Positions 52,470 to 63,930 of a stretch of 64,000 bases of DNA are shown here, in pieces (the first letter of the stretch is position 1; each line of letters starts with the position of its first letter). The DNA comes from Sphyrna mokarran. Taxonomy: Eukaryota. The translations under genes were made by a program, and so were the position numbers. The DNA is taken from the NCBI GenBank assembly GCA_024679065.1, contig JAGIQG010000010.1, positions 75,702,001-75,766,000 of the forward strand, written 5' to 3'. The notes below the pieces were generated by a model. The model made no database searches. It saw only the letters and a list, made by a program, of their open reading frames with translations, and was not told the DNA's origin.

Positions 52470-53530
52470 ATGCTATACATTACAGCAGGTGACAGTGCAG
52501 AGCAAACAGCCAGCTGTGAATGAAGGAAAGCTATCAGATGAAGTATAAAATAAACACTGCAAAAGCAAAATGAAATAAGGTCGGAAAATGTTCATATCAG
52601 GACTTAATTGGAAGATATCCTAGGAAACATGAGACACTAAAGTCAATGAATCAAATTGTTCAAGATGTGAACAAACATTTTTCAGATGTCCCAGAAGCAC
52701 AAGAAAGAGACTACAGAACTGAAAAAAATGGTTGAACATTTTGGAAGAAAACTTAAGATAAAACATTACATTTCCAAGGTGACATGTAAAGAGATGAAAA
52801 AAATCAAGAACCTAAAACAAGAGAAAGTAGAAGTTGTCACAAGAAAGCACGAGAAACCTCAAAAACAAATAGCAAAAGCACAATTACAAAATGCAAGCTT
52901 GAATGATAGCACAGAGGAATAATACTCTGCCAAGGAAAGTCACATCAGCTTAGTGAATCATTTTCACATATGAAAGATTCATATGACCAAATAAGAACAG
53001 ATGTGGAACACTTGAAATAGGACTCGAAATGCTTAAATGATGAACTTGATCAACAAAAATGGATCTTTAACTAAAATTTGATGAACTTCAAGCAATTGAG
53101 TAAAATGCCTAGAACAGGAGAAGGAATTGTTGATGAATCATAACAGTTATTTGAATGCAGAATAAACAACAACTTTGGTTCAATCAGAACAACATGAAGG
53201 ACAAGATGTGCAGTGTACAGACTTTAAAACCAGAAAAGGGAATGCTACAGAATAGATTGAAAATTTAACAAATGAAATTAAAGAGTCTTAGGAGCAGTCA
53301 GCAACCATGGAGGAAAGATTCCAAAAATAACTGATTGCTCAGACGAACTTGTTAAAAAGTTTCACAGATAACTCAAAGATAAACAACTTATTCAAGTTGT
53401 TGCTTTGAATGCAAAGATTCATAATAACTTCTGAATCAACTAAAAATGGTTCAAACCAATGAATGAAAAATAAAGAGGATAAAAAGATACTCAGATGACA
53501 GAACAAGTTTCAAATCAACAGGATCTGCCA
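52470..53530 (+). pseudogene. TPR: Decayed intronless copy of nucleoprotein TPR, N-terminal coiled coil
   Basis: Reading through stops and frameshifts from ATG 52470: TLQQV...[86 protein letters not shown]. Collinear with human TPR as recalled: VLQQV..[90 protein letters not shown]. Confidence 0.82.
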
Positions 53531-54039
53531 TTCTTCCGATATTTGTGTGAATGAGACATGGAAGTGTTATAGGTCTTCAGACTGGCTGAACTTTTGAACT
53601 CTGAGACTTGAAAAGGTTGATGGGCTCGAAACAGCAATAACAATGTAATGTATAACAAATGGCAATGTAATATAGAATTACTTGAAATAGATTGGACAAA
53701 GACTTGCTGGTGGGGAAGGGGTGAGGAAAAGAAGGTGTAGTATCTTGCAGGAGTGGGGAGGTGGAGGAGGGGAGGTGTAGTATAAGAGTAGCAAAAAAGA
53801 TTAACAAAGAACAAAGAAAATTACAGCACAGGAAGAGGCTCTTTAGCCCTCCAAGACTGCACCGACAGTGGGACCAGGTAATGTACCACTCAGAGTGATG
53901 AGAAAGAACACATGACCTGCCTCTTGGAGACAGATCCTAACTTGAACCCTTTACTGTACTTGTTAGCTACAAGAATGATGTACATACACGTCATCTATTT
54001 AAGATGACAAATATTTCATTCAGACCTACTATCACCATA

Positions 54040-54712
54040 TAACATTACCAAGTTCAAAAGAGGGTCAAAGGATATACCTAGCAATTGCAGATCAGTCAAT
54101 TTAAACTCAGTTGTGGAAAGACTTTAAAAATAATCCAGGACAAGATTGTCATTTGAAAAAGTGTGGATTAATTAAGTAAAATCAGTGGGTTTATTAAAGG
54201 CAAATTATATTTAATTAACTTGATTGAGTTTTGGTTACGTAACCACAAGAGTAATGTGATTGATGAAGTGCACATTGATATCCACAAAGGTATTTGGAAG
54301 TACTACATAATAAGCATAATAATCTGAGGCCAATTTTCCATCACCATCACCCTTTATTTGAAACATGCCAAAGTGCTGCTCAGCGGCTGCAGTGTACAGG
54401 AAAGCATCAAAGTCTTTCAACTGCCAGTCTGAAGGGAGCCAACTGCTTTTAAGCCCCTCTGTATGTCCTATCCTATTGGATAAGCCTCTACTCATATAAC
54501 AGGAGAAATTGTATTCTACATGGGGAAATCTATTGACTATCATCATGACATCAAGTTTGCAAACAAAGTTGAAGTTCATGGAATAAAAAGGACAGTGGCA
54601 ACATAAATACATTGTTGAATAAATGTTAGAGTACAGAGAAGAAGTGAACTATTGCTTTTTGATGAGAGTAAGGTATGTAGCACCATTCCCTAGGATTGTA
54701 ATTGGGACCACT
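54040..54712 (+). mobile_element. Old CR1 RT fragments, interrupted
   Basis: gcaattgcagatcagtcaatttaaactcag, KGKLYLINLIEF-like segment and later HGIKGTVA-like segment. Confidence 0.55.
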
Positions 54713-55520
54713 ATAGAAATCGTAAGAAATAGAAGCAGGGTTAGGGTATTTGGTTCATCAAACCTGCTCCACCACTCAATAATATATTGCATGATTTGAT
54801 TGTGGCCTTCCTTCCAATTTTCTGCTAGCCCCCCATAGCCCTCAACTGCCTTATTAAAAATTTGTCTAAATTAGTCTTTTACATATTCAATGACCAAGCC
54901 TCTACAGCCCTTTGGGGATGACAATCAGTATTCCTTAGGGATGAAATTTCTCCTCATCTCATTCATAAATACAAGACCCCTTATTTTCAAACAATGCCTC
55001 TAGTTGCAGATTTGCCCATGAGAAGAAGCAACCTATCAGCATATACCATGTCAAGTCCCCACATAATCTTACGTTTCAAAAGATCACTTTCATTCTTTTA
55101 AACGTTAATGAATATAGAACCAATCTGCTCAATCTTTTTTAATAAGGCAACCATTTCATTCTAAGAATCAACTGAGTGAACATTCAATTAACTGCCTCCA
55201 ATACAAGTATGTCCCTCCTTAAATAAGACCTTCAAAACCATTCATAGTCCTCTCAGGGCAGTCTCATTTCTCTGTACAGTTATAACAAGAAACTTCCTAA
55301 CTTTTATTCTCCTGCCCTTTGCAATAAAAGCCAACCTTCTATATGCTTTCTGAATTATCTGTTGTACTTGCCTGGGAATATTTTTGTAATTAATATACAA
55401 GATACCCACATCTCTCTGGACTGTAGCCAATTTGACAACCTTACATTTTCCCTCAACATACGCAACTCATCAAATTTTTGCCCAAAAGCTTAATCTATCT
55501 ACATTCCTTTGCAGACTTTT
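54713..55520 (-). mobile_element. Old CR1 3' fragment
   Basis: Tail atagaaatcgtaagaaatagaagcaggg; ORF 55242..55430 VQRDVGIL...QVQQIIQKAYRRLAFIAKG. Confidence 0.7.
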
Positions 55521-55809
55521 GAGTTGGATTTTCACAGTTGTGAAAACTCCAGGGGCCTCTGAAAATGGTGGGTGGAGCCTCAGTCCAGAATTCTAGTGTC
55601 AACATTTTACATAACTACTTCAGGAGGGAATAAGGGTGGGAAATGGCCCCACATGTGGAAAACTTGAACTCAGTAGAGCCATTTAAACTCTGTGCTGTGT
55701 GCTGAATTCAAACAGAACCCACTTCTCCTGATGCAAGAGCCTTTTTCTATAATGTGGGAGTTATGAATCTTTGGAGAGGCTGCAAATACTCAAGGGTCGA
55801 TAAGGACTG

Positions 55810-55945
55810 TAGAACAGTCAAGTTATCTAAATGGCTGGTACTTTAACAATTGAAAATAAAACACCTATCTGTGTCTGTGGCAATTGAAAAAAAGTTCAAT
55901 AGTTTCAATTAGCAGTTTGTTGACAAAAATCCAAGTGCTATCAAT
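55810..55945 (+). pseudogene. TPR-like pseudogene fragment 2
   Basis: YLNG..TIENKTPI (IENKTPI at 55849-55869) and KKVQ*..ISSLLTKIQ versus TPR YLDEIVKEVEAKAPI and ERAQKAVASLSVKLE. Confidence 0.5.
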
Positions 55946-57664
55946 GTACCACTTTTAATGTTTGGCTGTATTCCATAACCCATCATTATCACTGTAGGAG
56001 ATTGTATATTCAGTTTGATTGACAGCTCAACAAGATTATGAAGAAATTTACTATCATTCATGTAGGGTTATGAATACAAATGTTTGTTTTTATAAGGGAT
56101 TCAGTACATAGAGGGGTTTAATTGTATTGAATGAAAGTGTTCACTAAAGTGAAAGCTATCATAGATCTATATTTTATTCAACTCAACGTGTTTCCAGAGG
56201 TCTGCCCATGTGGACACTGAGTGAGTTAACGTGGAAGGTATAATTCCAAGAGTAGGTGGGAGGGCATATGTTGGTATGGGGAGCAGGTAGGATAGTAATA
56301 GAGGGTGAGGGTACAGACTAAAGGGCCTAATATTTAACATTGCCTTTAAACAGCTCACTCCAGCACTTGGCCATCCTTATGGCCACCTCCTATATTTGGT
56401 TTCTGAAGTTCAAGACATTCCATTATAGGAAATAAAAGCATGAGAAAAGTTGCAATGTAGATTCAGTAGAAGCCACTGGGAATGAGGACATTATAGTTAT
56501 AAAGAGAATTTTCAAAGGTTTATTCTCATAGGAGTGTTCAAAAATCAGATACATAAACCTTTAAAAAGGTGGGAAAATATATTGATAAAGGATTTGGACC
56601 CACAGTTTTAGAAGTAAGGCATAGAGTACATAAGCAAAGAGATAATGCTAAATCATACAAATTATTGATTATGCCACAGCTAAAATGATCTATCCAATTA
56701 TTTTGCCTCCTTTATCTGAGAGAACTAGTTATATCCTAGAACTAATCACCAGGCAATGTTGCAAACAAAAATTGCAAATCAGTAAAGAAAGCATGCCTAC
56801 TACTAATGTGGTCAGATGCTTATATTTTCTTTCTCCCATTTCTGATTGAATCCTTGGAGTCATCAGTGAACTAGTGATGGAATGCCAGATCCCACCTATC
56901 CAGTTCTGCCAAATATCAGATTTGTCTTCCACAATGCTGCTAAACTACAGGAAACACTCCACTCTGCTGTCATATTCAATTACAACCATCCCTCTATTGC
57001 CAAACTCCAGGACCTACATAATATTACTGCCAAATCCTAGAACTAGCCTTCTAGTTCAACTAAACCCCAGGACCCCTTTCACCCCACCTCTCAGCATTGC
57101 TAAATTTGAGATACCTGCCTAACATGGTGCATCTTCTGTATCATCTGGTTGTGCAACCTCAGCTTTAAATTATGTAGGAATTAAATGTAAATAGGCTACT
57201 CATTTAGAAACATTAGAATAATCCAGGCTTCAAATATAGCTGTCATAGAAAAACTGAGCAGCTGCTGACTTTAATCCTCAAAATACCAATATAAATACTA
57301 TGTAATAAAACTGAAATGGACTCTGTGACATTAATCATTGGCCTGATAAATACATTGTTACATGGCATAACATTCCTATTAAAAATAGCATGCTCTGTCT
57401 GACTCATCATGAGCAACACCACATGAAGTCTGTAAAAACAACACATCTGGATTACGTTTTGAATTCTTCAGTCTACTCTTCAAATTCCTTCTAACTAAAA
57501 TATCCTCCATGATTCAGACCCCTCCCTTTGTCCTTTTATCCTCAGCCCATGTCCTTCTACGCATTCTTCTATCCCTTTGCCCGATCAGTCACTTTCGATC
57601 TTCCTATTATGCTCTCCATTTTTGAGAAACTGTTCTTAAGATTTGATAAAAATGAATCACTTTT

Positions 57665-58020
57665 AAAGTTTATTTATTCTGTCATAAGTAGGCTTACACT
57701 AACACTCCAATAGAATTACAGTGAAAATCCCCTAGTCTTCACACTCTGGCGCTTGTTTGGATATACAAAGGGAGAATTTAGCATGGCTAATGCACCTAAC
57801 CAGCATGTCCGTTGGGCCGAAGGGTCTGTTTCCCGTGCTGTTTTGTTCTTTGTTCTTTGTCTTCTGGACTGTTGGAAGAAACTGGAACACCCAGAGGAAA
57901 CCTATTCAGACATGGAGAGAATCTATAGACTCTGCACAGGCAATGATCCAAGCTGGGAATCGAACCTAGATCCCCAGTGCTATGAGGCAAAGGTGGTAAC
58001 TACTTTGCGGCCATGCTGCC
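57665..58020 (-). mobile_element. HE1-like V-SINE carrying a ~50-bp CR1 tail insertion
   Basis: Reverse strand ggcagcatggccgcaaagtagttaccacc...ggttcgattccc...V-domain; insert at 57810-57858. Confidence 0.8.
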
Positions 58021-58189
58021 TTACACATGCCTCAAGTCTCACAACATGATTTCAGATAGACTTCTTATAGGGCAGCCACTCACCAACACCTTTCGTGAAA
58101 CTCCTGGGGAAATTTTCTACATTAAAACACACTTATAAGAATGCAGTTATCAGTCTTCACATTAAAAAAGGTAGCCATCTGCCACTGGA

Positions 58190-58295
58190 CATAAGGATGC
58201 TTCAATAAGTAATCTTAAACAAAAAGGCAGGATTGCAACTCAAGGAATAAATTAAACATTTATCTCAGCATAATTTTGACCTTTTACAAAATAGC
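58190..58295 (+). pseudogene. TPR-like pseudogene fragment 3
   Basis: LQLKE*IKHLSQHNFDLL versus TPR MEIQVKDLSQQIRVLL. Confidence 0.4.
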
Positions 58296-59115
58296 ATATT
58301 AGTCAGTTGCATAGCCTTATTTATGTTTGGCATACAAGCTGTGAGGTGCAGAACAGTCATCTCAATCAACTTGCCTAACCAAAGCCGCAACATCAGGCCA
58401 GGACAACCATAGCAAGATAAATTGAGGGGGAACGTAATCCTGGGGCAGGAGTGGCCCAGGTTATCTTTTCTAGCCTTAGTGGAATATCTTGGGACAGCAT
58501 CTTTGGTTATACTGTCTTTGGAACTGGCGAAACTCTGAACAGCACACGTTCTGACAATCATGATAACTGGGGTAATATAGAGACAAAGGTCTCTTTGTCA
58601 TCTGGCAGACTGGGTTGCCTCTAACCAATATAAATCTTTGAAGAGTTTCCCATGGGGCTTCAATACTGAACAAGATTAAAATAGGAGGATACAATTAGTG
58701 CACATAATACAATGCTTAGATTTAAGGGTTAGTCATGTCTATAACTTTTAACATATGACACAAGACCTAAATCACTTCAAGTAACTGACAAATTAAGCCT
58801 AAGCAGATCACCAAAAGCACATTTCAGTACAGAAATTACAATTTCCCCACATACTACATAATTAATATAAGGCAGTTGACAATGTCAGGTATCACTGTTT
58901 AACAGGTAGACTTCCAATAAAATTAGATTCCTTAAAAATAACAAAAATTTAAAGTACATTAATATGTGATGTTACAATACTTATGCTATAAATTGTACAC
59001 AACTATATTTCACCAACGAGAAAATGAGTACAATGTAGTTCAATTAAATTTTAAAAAACATAAAGAGCAAAGAAAACATTAATATCTTCAGATAAACATA
59101 ACCGACTAAAATAGG

Positions 59116-60362
59116 ACATAGAACATAACAGCATAGAACAGGCCCTTCGGCCTTTGATGTTGCGCCGACCAATTAAGAAAAAGCAATGACCCTCTAACCT
59201 AAACCATTCCCTTTTTGTCCATAAACTTATCTACTAACCTCTTAAATGCCACCAAACTTGGCACATCTACAACTGCAGCAGGCAGGGCATTCCATACCCT
59301 TACCACCCTCTGGGTAAAGAACCTACCTCTGACATCCGTCCTATAACTACCACCCCTTAATTTAAAGCTATGTCCCCTCGTGCTAGCTTCTCCATCCTAG
59401 GAAAAAGGCTATCACTGTCCACCCTATCTAAACCTCTAATCATCTTATATGTTTCAATAAGGTCTCCTCTTAGCCGCCTTTTCTAACGAAAACAACCTCA
59501 AATCCCTCAGCCTCTCTTCATAAGACCTGCCCTCCATACCAGGCAACATCCTGGTAAACCTCCTTTGTACCCTCTCCAATGCCTCCACATCTTTCTTATA
59601 ATGCGGGGACCAGAACTGTACACAATACTCCAAGTGCGGCCGCACTAGAGTTTTGTACAGTTGCAACATGACGTTGCAGCTCCGAAATTCAATCCCCCTA
59701 CCAATAAAAGCTAAGACTCCGTATACCTTCTTAACAACCTTATCGACTTGATTGCCAACTTTCAGGGATCTATGCACATATACACCAAGATCCCTCTGTT
59801 CTTCAACACTATTAAGAGTCCTACATTAGCCCTGTACGCTACACATTCGTTATTCCTGCCAAAGTGAATTACCTCACACTTTTCCACATTAAACTCCATT
59901 TGCCACCTCTCGGCCCAGCTCTGCAACTTGTCCAAGTCTCTCTGCAAACTATAACACCCCTCTTCACTGTCTACCACTCCACCGACTTTAGTGTCATCTG
60001 CAAATTTACTAATCCATCCTTCAATACCCTCATCCAGATCATTTATAAAAATTACAAACAGCAGGGGCCCCAAAACAGATCCCTGAGGTACACCACTTGT
60101 AACCGAACTCCATGATGAATAATTTCCATCAACTACTACCCTCTGTCTTCTATCAGATAGCCAATTCCTAATCCAATTAGCTAAATCACCCTCAATCCCA
60201 TACATCTGCATTTTCTGCAGAAGCCTTCCATGGGGTACCTTATCGAACGCCTTACTAAAGTCCATATATACCACATCAACTGCCTTACCCCCATCCACCT
60301 CTTTGGTCACTTTTTCAAAAAACTCAATAAGATTATTAAGGCATGACCTACCCTTCACAAAA
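59116..60362 (-). mobile_element. Young 5'-truncated CR1 LINE (RT core to 3' tail)
   Basis: ORFs 59762..60379 ([34 protein letters not shown]) and 59454..59777; taaaatagg on both flanks (59107-59115, 60365-60373). Confidence 0.93.
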
Positions 60363-60666
60363 CATAAAATAGGGAACATTTTCTAGCGTAGATGACACCA
60401 ACTAAAATTATGCTCTAATTGTGCTCAAATTTAAATTCACATTTAAAACAAGCAAGGTAATTTATATGTGAGTTGCCTCTGATACTCTTAATATGACTAT
60501 GCTACACAAAGAGTTATCTCTTGCTATTTTAAAAATCATAGCTTAAGGATGCTAAAGAAATGCAAGTACTATTGGGGTGAAACAACCTCAATATGGGCAC
60601 CATTAATTTTCAATCTTGGGCTGATGCCCCAACTAGATTAAAAGTAAGGCCAAAAGGCAAGACTCA

Positions 60667-61440
60667 GGGCCAGATTTTAAGGGGTGCTGTATTCCTCCCC
60701 CGACCACCCACTAACCTGACTGAAAAGTGAGCCTCACAGTTAGGAGGAGCTTTAATTGTCTCAGAATGGGACTTTGTCTCCATCTGGGAGGAAGTGCTGT
60801 CTTAGAGAGCTGGTGGCCAATAATCCCAACATTGCCAGAATCAAGCAGTGGCATTGCTGGGACAGGCTGGACTTAAAGGCAAGTCTGGGATTTTGGGCAG
60901 GCCTATTTGGCAAATCTCAGTGAGGCGGGCAGGCAAAGTCTGGGTTTGAGGGGTTGGTAGCAGGTGGCAGGGTGAGGGGATGGGATTTTGGTGGGAGAGG
61001 ATGCCACCAATGGAAACTCCCCAAAAAAATGGATATCTTTCCCATATTGCCTCCACATAAAATAATGGCAGAGGCTGAGGCCCTTGAGTGCCCCTAAAGG
61101 CACGAGACACTAGTTGATGTCTTCTCACCCATCAGTATATCTTGGGACATGAAGGTATAATTTGGCATGGCCAAACCATCTAACTTGCACTTCTTTGGAC
61201 TGTGGGAAGAAACCAGAGCACCTGGAAGAAATTCACAGAGACACAGAGAGAACGTGCAAACTCCACATAGACAGTTACCCAAGGCCAGAATTGAACCTGA
61301 GTCTCCAGCGTTGTGAAGCAGGAGTGCTAACCACTGTGCCACCCTGGCAGACAGTTCAGGGATGGGAAGGAAGGCCATCTGCTTTTCTTTGTGATCTCAG
61401 CTGCTTTCAAATAAGCCAGCAGAAGGCTGCAAAATTCAGC
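60667..61440. mobile_element. GC-rich MITE containing a V-SINE
   Basis: Termini gggccagatttt and aaaattcagc; GC-rich interior typical of the other MITEs in this window. Confidence 0.6.
61140..61345 (-). mobile_element. HE1-like V-SINE
   Basis: Reverse strand agggtggcacagtggttagcactcctgcttcacaacgctggagactcaggttcaattc followed by the V-domain. Confidence 0.85.
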
Positions 61441-62359
61441 TTTTAGATTGAAAATTTAACTCACAGACTTAACAAGAAGGCCGACAGCAAGAATAAGGTG
61501 ATTTAAAACTCAAGCGTAAATTAGATCAGAGCTCTGAAAATAGGACTATAAATACAAACATTGAACAATTGAATGAAAACAGTGTCATTAAACTGGATGA
61601 TTACAATAACAAAGTCAAAAGGTTGGAAGCTGATCGAAGCATAAATCAATCCAAAATGGGATTCATGTTTTAAATTACCATCCAATAAAAGTATGTGTGC
61701 AGCAAGAAATTAAATAAACTTCACAAATCAGAGTAGGGGATAATAATTATTAAATCTAAAGACTTGAAAGAAAACTTCTGAATTAGTGAGTAAATTTTAA
61801 AAAAGGCCCAATTTTTCAGTTAGTAGAGACAGTCACACCAGAATGGAACAAGCATTTGGTTGGTTAAGGAATTTGGCAATGGTCTTGGTTGTATGTGACC
61901 TCCCAAGCCTCTCAGCAAGCTTTTGCACCAAATGTTAAGAATCTTCACATGGTAATATTATTAACACTAATTGAAACTTAGAACTGACAAGAATTTTTCA
62001 ATCTTCTCTTAGAAAATATGCTCTGTCTTCAGGTAACTGCCAAAGTAATCAGGATCACACAATTTTTAGGCAGATAGGAAATAACTGTTTAAAGAAGAAA
62101 TCATTTTGATTTAAGTAGATATGGAAGTACACTTTGGATTGGAAAGAGCTTAATTTTTGGTATTTAGTGAATTCAGGATCCCAGCTTTCCAACAGGAAAA
62201 AAACTGAAAAGGCTTAGACAAGAAGCACATTTAACTGCCCGAATCCATGCTTACTATGCAATCACATTTATACTTCCCAGAAACATATTTTTACCACCAG
62301 GAACTCAGATTAGCAGAAACCTCCTTCAAAAAAAGGGAAAGTAGCTAAAGTTCTGAACT

Positions 62360-62555
62360 TCGGGTTCGATAATGGCCTTGAGTTGCATGTTTGCCCTGTA
62401 TCTTCCAGGTTTCTTCCACGTGCTCCAGTTTCCTCCCACAGTCCAAGATGGTAGATGCATGTGTTACGGGGATGGTAGGGGTGGGCCTGGGTGGGATGTC
62501 CTTTCAGAAGTTTGGTGCAGACTACATTAGTCCATTGGTCTCTGCACTAAGGATT
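62360..62555 (+). mobile_element. V-SINE fragment
   Basis: cgggttcgat...tgctccagtttcctcccacagtccaagatg. Confidence 0.7.
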
Positions 62556-63589
62556 ATATTGTTTTGTCGTTCTATAGTTGATCACAGGGAATATTAGCAA
62601 TAGTGAGACAATCTTCAGTGCTGTGATGCAAAAGTTATTCATCACCAAGGAACTTATTTTCATCAAATTCCTTATGAAATTTGATAGGATAGAATTGCAA
62701 AAATTTGCCGTTTTTCCACATAATTGGATTCTCCAAAATCCACATAACATTATTAATGGTGCATAAATAGGAATGTGGATGCTGCCCAAAATCCCATTCG
62801 TGATCTATACAGAATTCCATACTTATCAGTGTGCAAGTAGTCAGTGACAAGCAGAATAGGATTGTGCAGGTTTGTGTACTCTATGTGATGTTCAGAATTG
62901 TTTTAAGTCAAGCTTCTATGCAAGAGATATTTGAAGGTAATAGTAAACAGCAAAAGTGATACTAGCCAACTAAGCTTATTTCCTTCAACCTTGATTCACG
63001 AAATAGCCCCGTCAAACCACCATCTCAGCCCATCTGCTGCTGAAATTCTTATCCATGCCTCTGTCAATGCCAAATATGCTTATCCCTATTTTCCCTTGGC
63101 TGGATTCCTGGTCTCTATCCACCTCCAATTTAGAATCGTTATCCTCTTTTTCATGCACTTCCCTATTTCTGAACTTCCACCATTTCTTCATCAGAACAGT
63201 GTGTTTCTCAAACTCTGGTCTTTTATTTGAACTTCCCATTACTCACCTCTCGATATCAAATAAACAACTTTGGATTTCAATTTTTAATAATCTAATAAAA
63301 TCTTTGATCAGTACTGTACCAACTTTCAGGAGCACATTTTAATATTTTACTGGCAGTTGCTGCACAGTTCTACTGCTGAGTCAAATAAGCTACCTGCTTG
63401 CAAAATGATTAAAATATGGGTAACCAGTAGTGATATAAAGCGGACAGATGTTCAATAAGATAGAAATATTTCTAAGCTCATGATGGCTGTTCATGAAAAT
63501 ATCTACCTGTGCAATTTCTCCAATATGACTAATTATTTTGCTTTGTTAACAAATTATTAATTAAATATTAGTTTTAACTATTACTTCAT

Positions 63590-63930
63590 TTTTAATTGGT
63601 TAAATGGTGTTGGGAGCTGAACTGTAGTCATCAAATAGGAATTTGATATCCAGACATTCCAAGGTTAAGTAAAGGGCAGGGAGATGGACTCAAATAGCAC
63701 AAGGGGTTGGATTCAAATAGCACGAGGAGTCACGGGCTTAGTGTGAGGGGGGTAAGGTATAATTTGCATGTTAGAGGGAGTTTTTTCACACAGTGTGGTG
63801 GGGGTATGGAACGCGCTGCCAAGTAAAGTGGTGGAAGCAGGCACTCTGGAGTTATTTAAGAGATACTTAGATGGGCACATGAACAGAATGGGAATGGAGG
63901 GATATAGAAAACTGATTTAAAATAGGGACC
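63590..63930 (+). mobile_element. CR1 3' fragments
   Basis: tttttcacacagtgtggtgggggtatggaacgcgctgcca...gatgggcacatgaacagaatgggaatggaggg. Confidence 0.7.

Larger units (their letters stand above)
58990..61673 (+). pseudogene. TPR-like pseudogene fragments 4-5, split by the young CR1 and by a MITE
   Basis: TQLYFTNEKMSTM*..NFKKHKE | CR1 | NREHFLA*...LCSNL ... KARL | MITE | *IENLTH...LKRKLDQSSENRTINTNIE versus TPR [68 protein letters not shown]. Confidence 0.55.

Noticed and set aside
61285-61345. tRNA gene (also at 27060, 49690 and 57990)
   Set aside because: These are tRNA-derived SINE heads that run straight into V- or Deu-domain bodies; no complete cloverleaf.
53253-61460. 17-bp direct repeat tagattgaaaatttaac at 53253 and 61444 as a TSD or LTR edge
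   Set aside because: Both fall in TPR-like coding remnants (IENLT); shared coiled-coil codons or chance in AT-rich DNA explain it, and the flanks show no further similarity.
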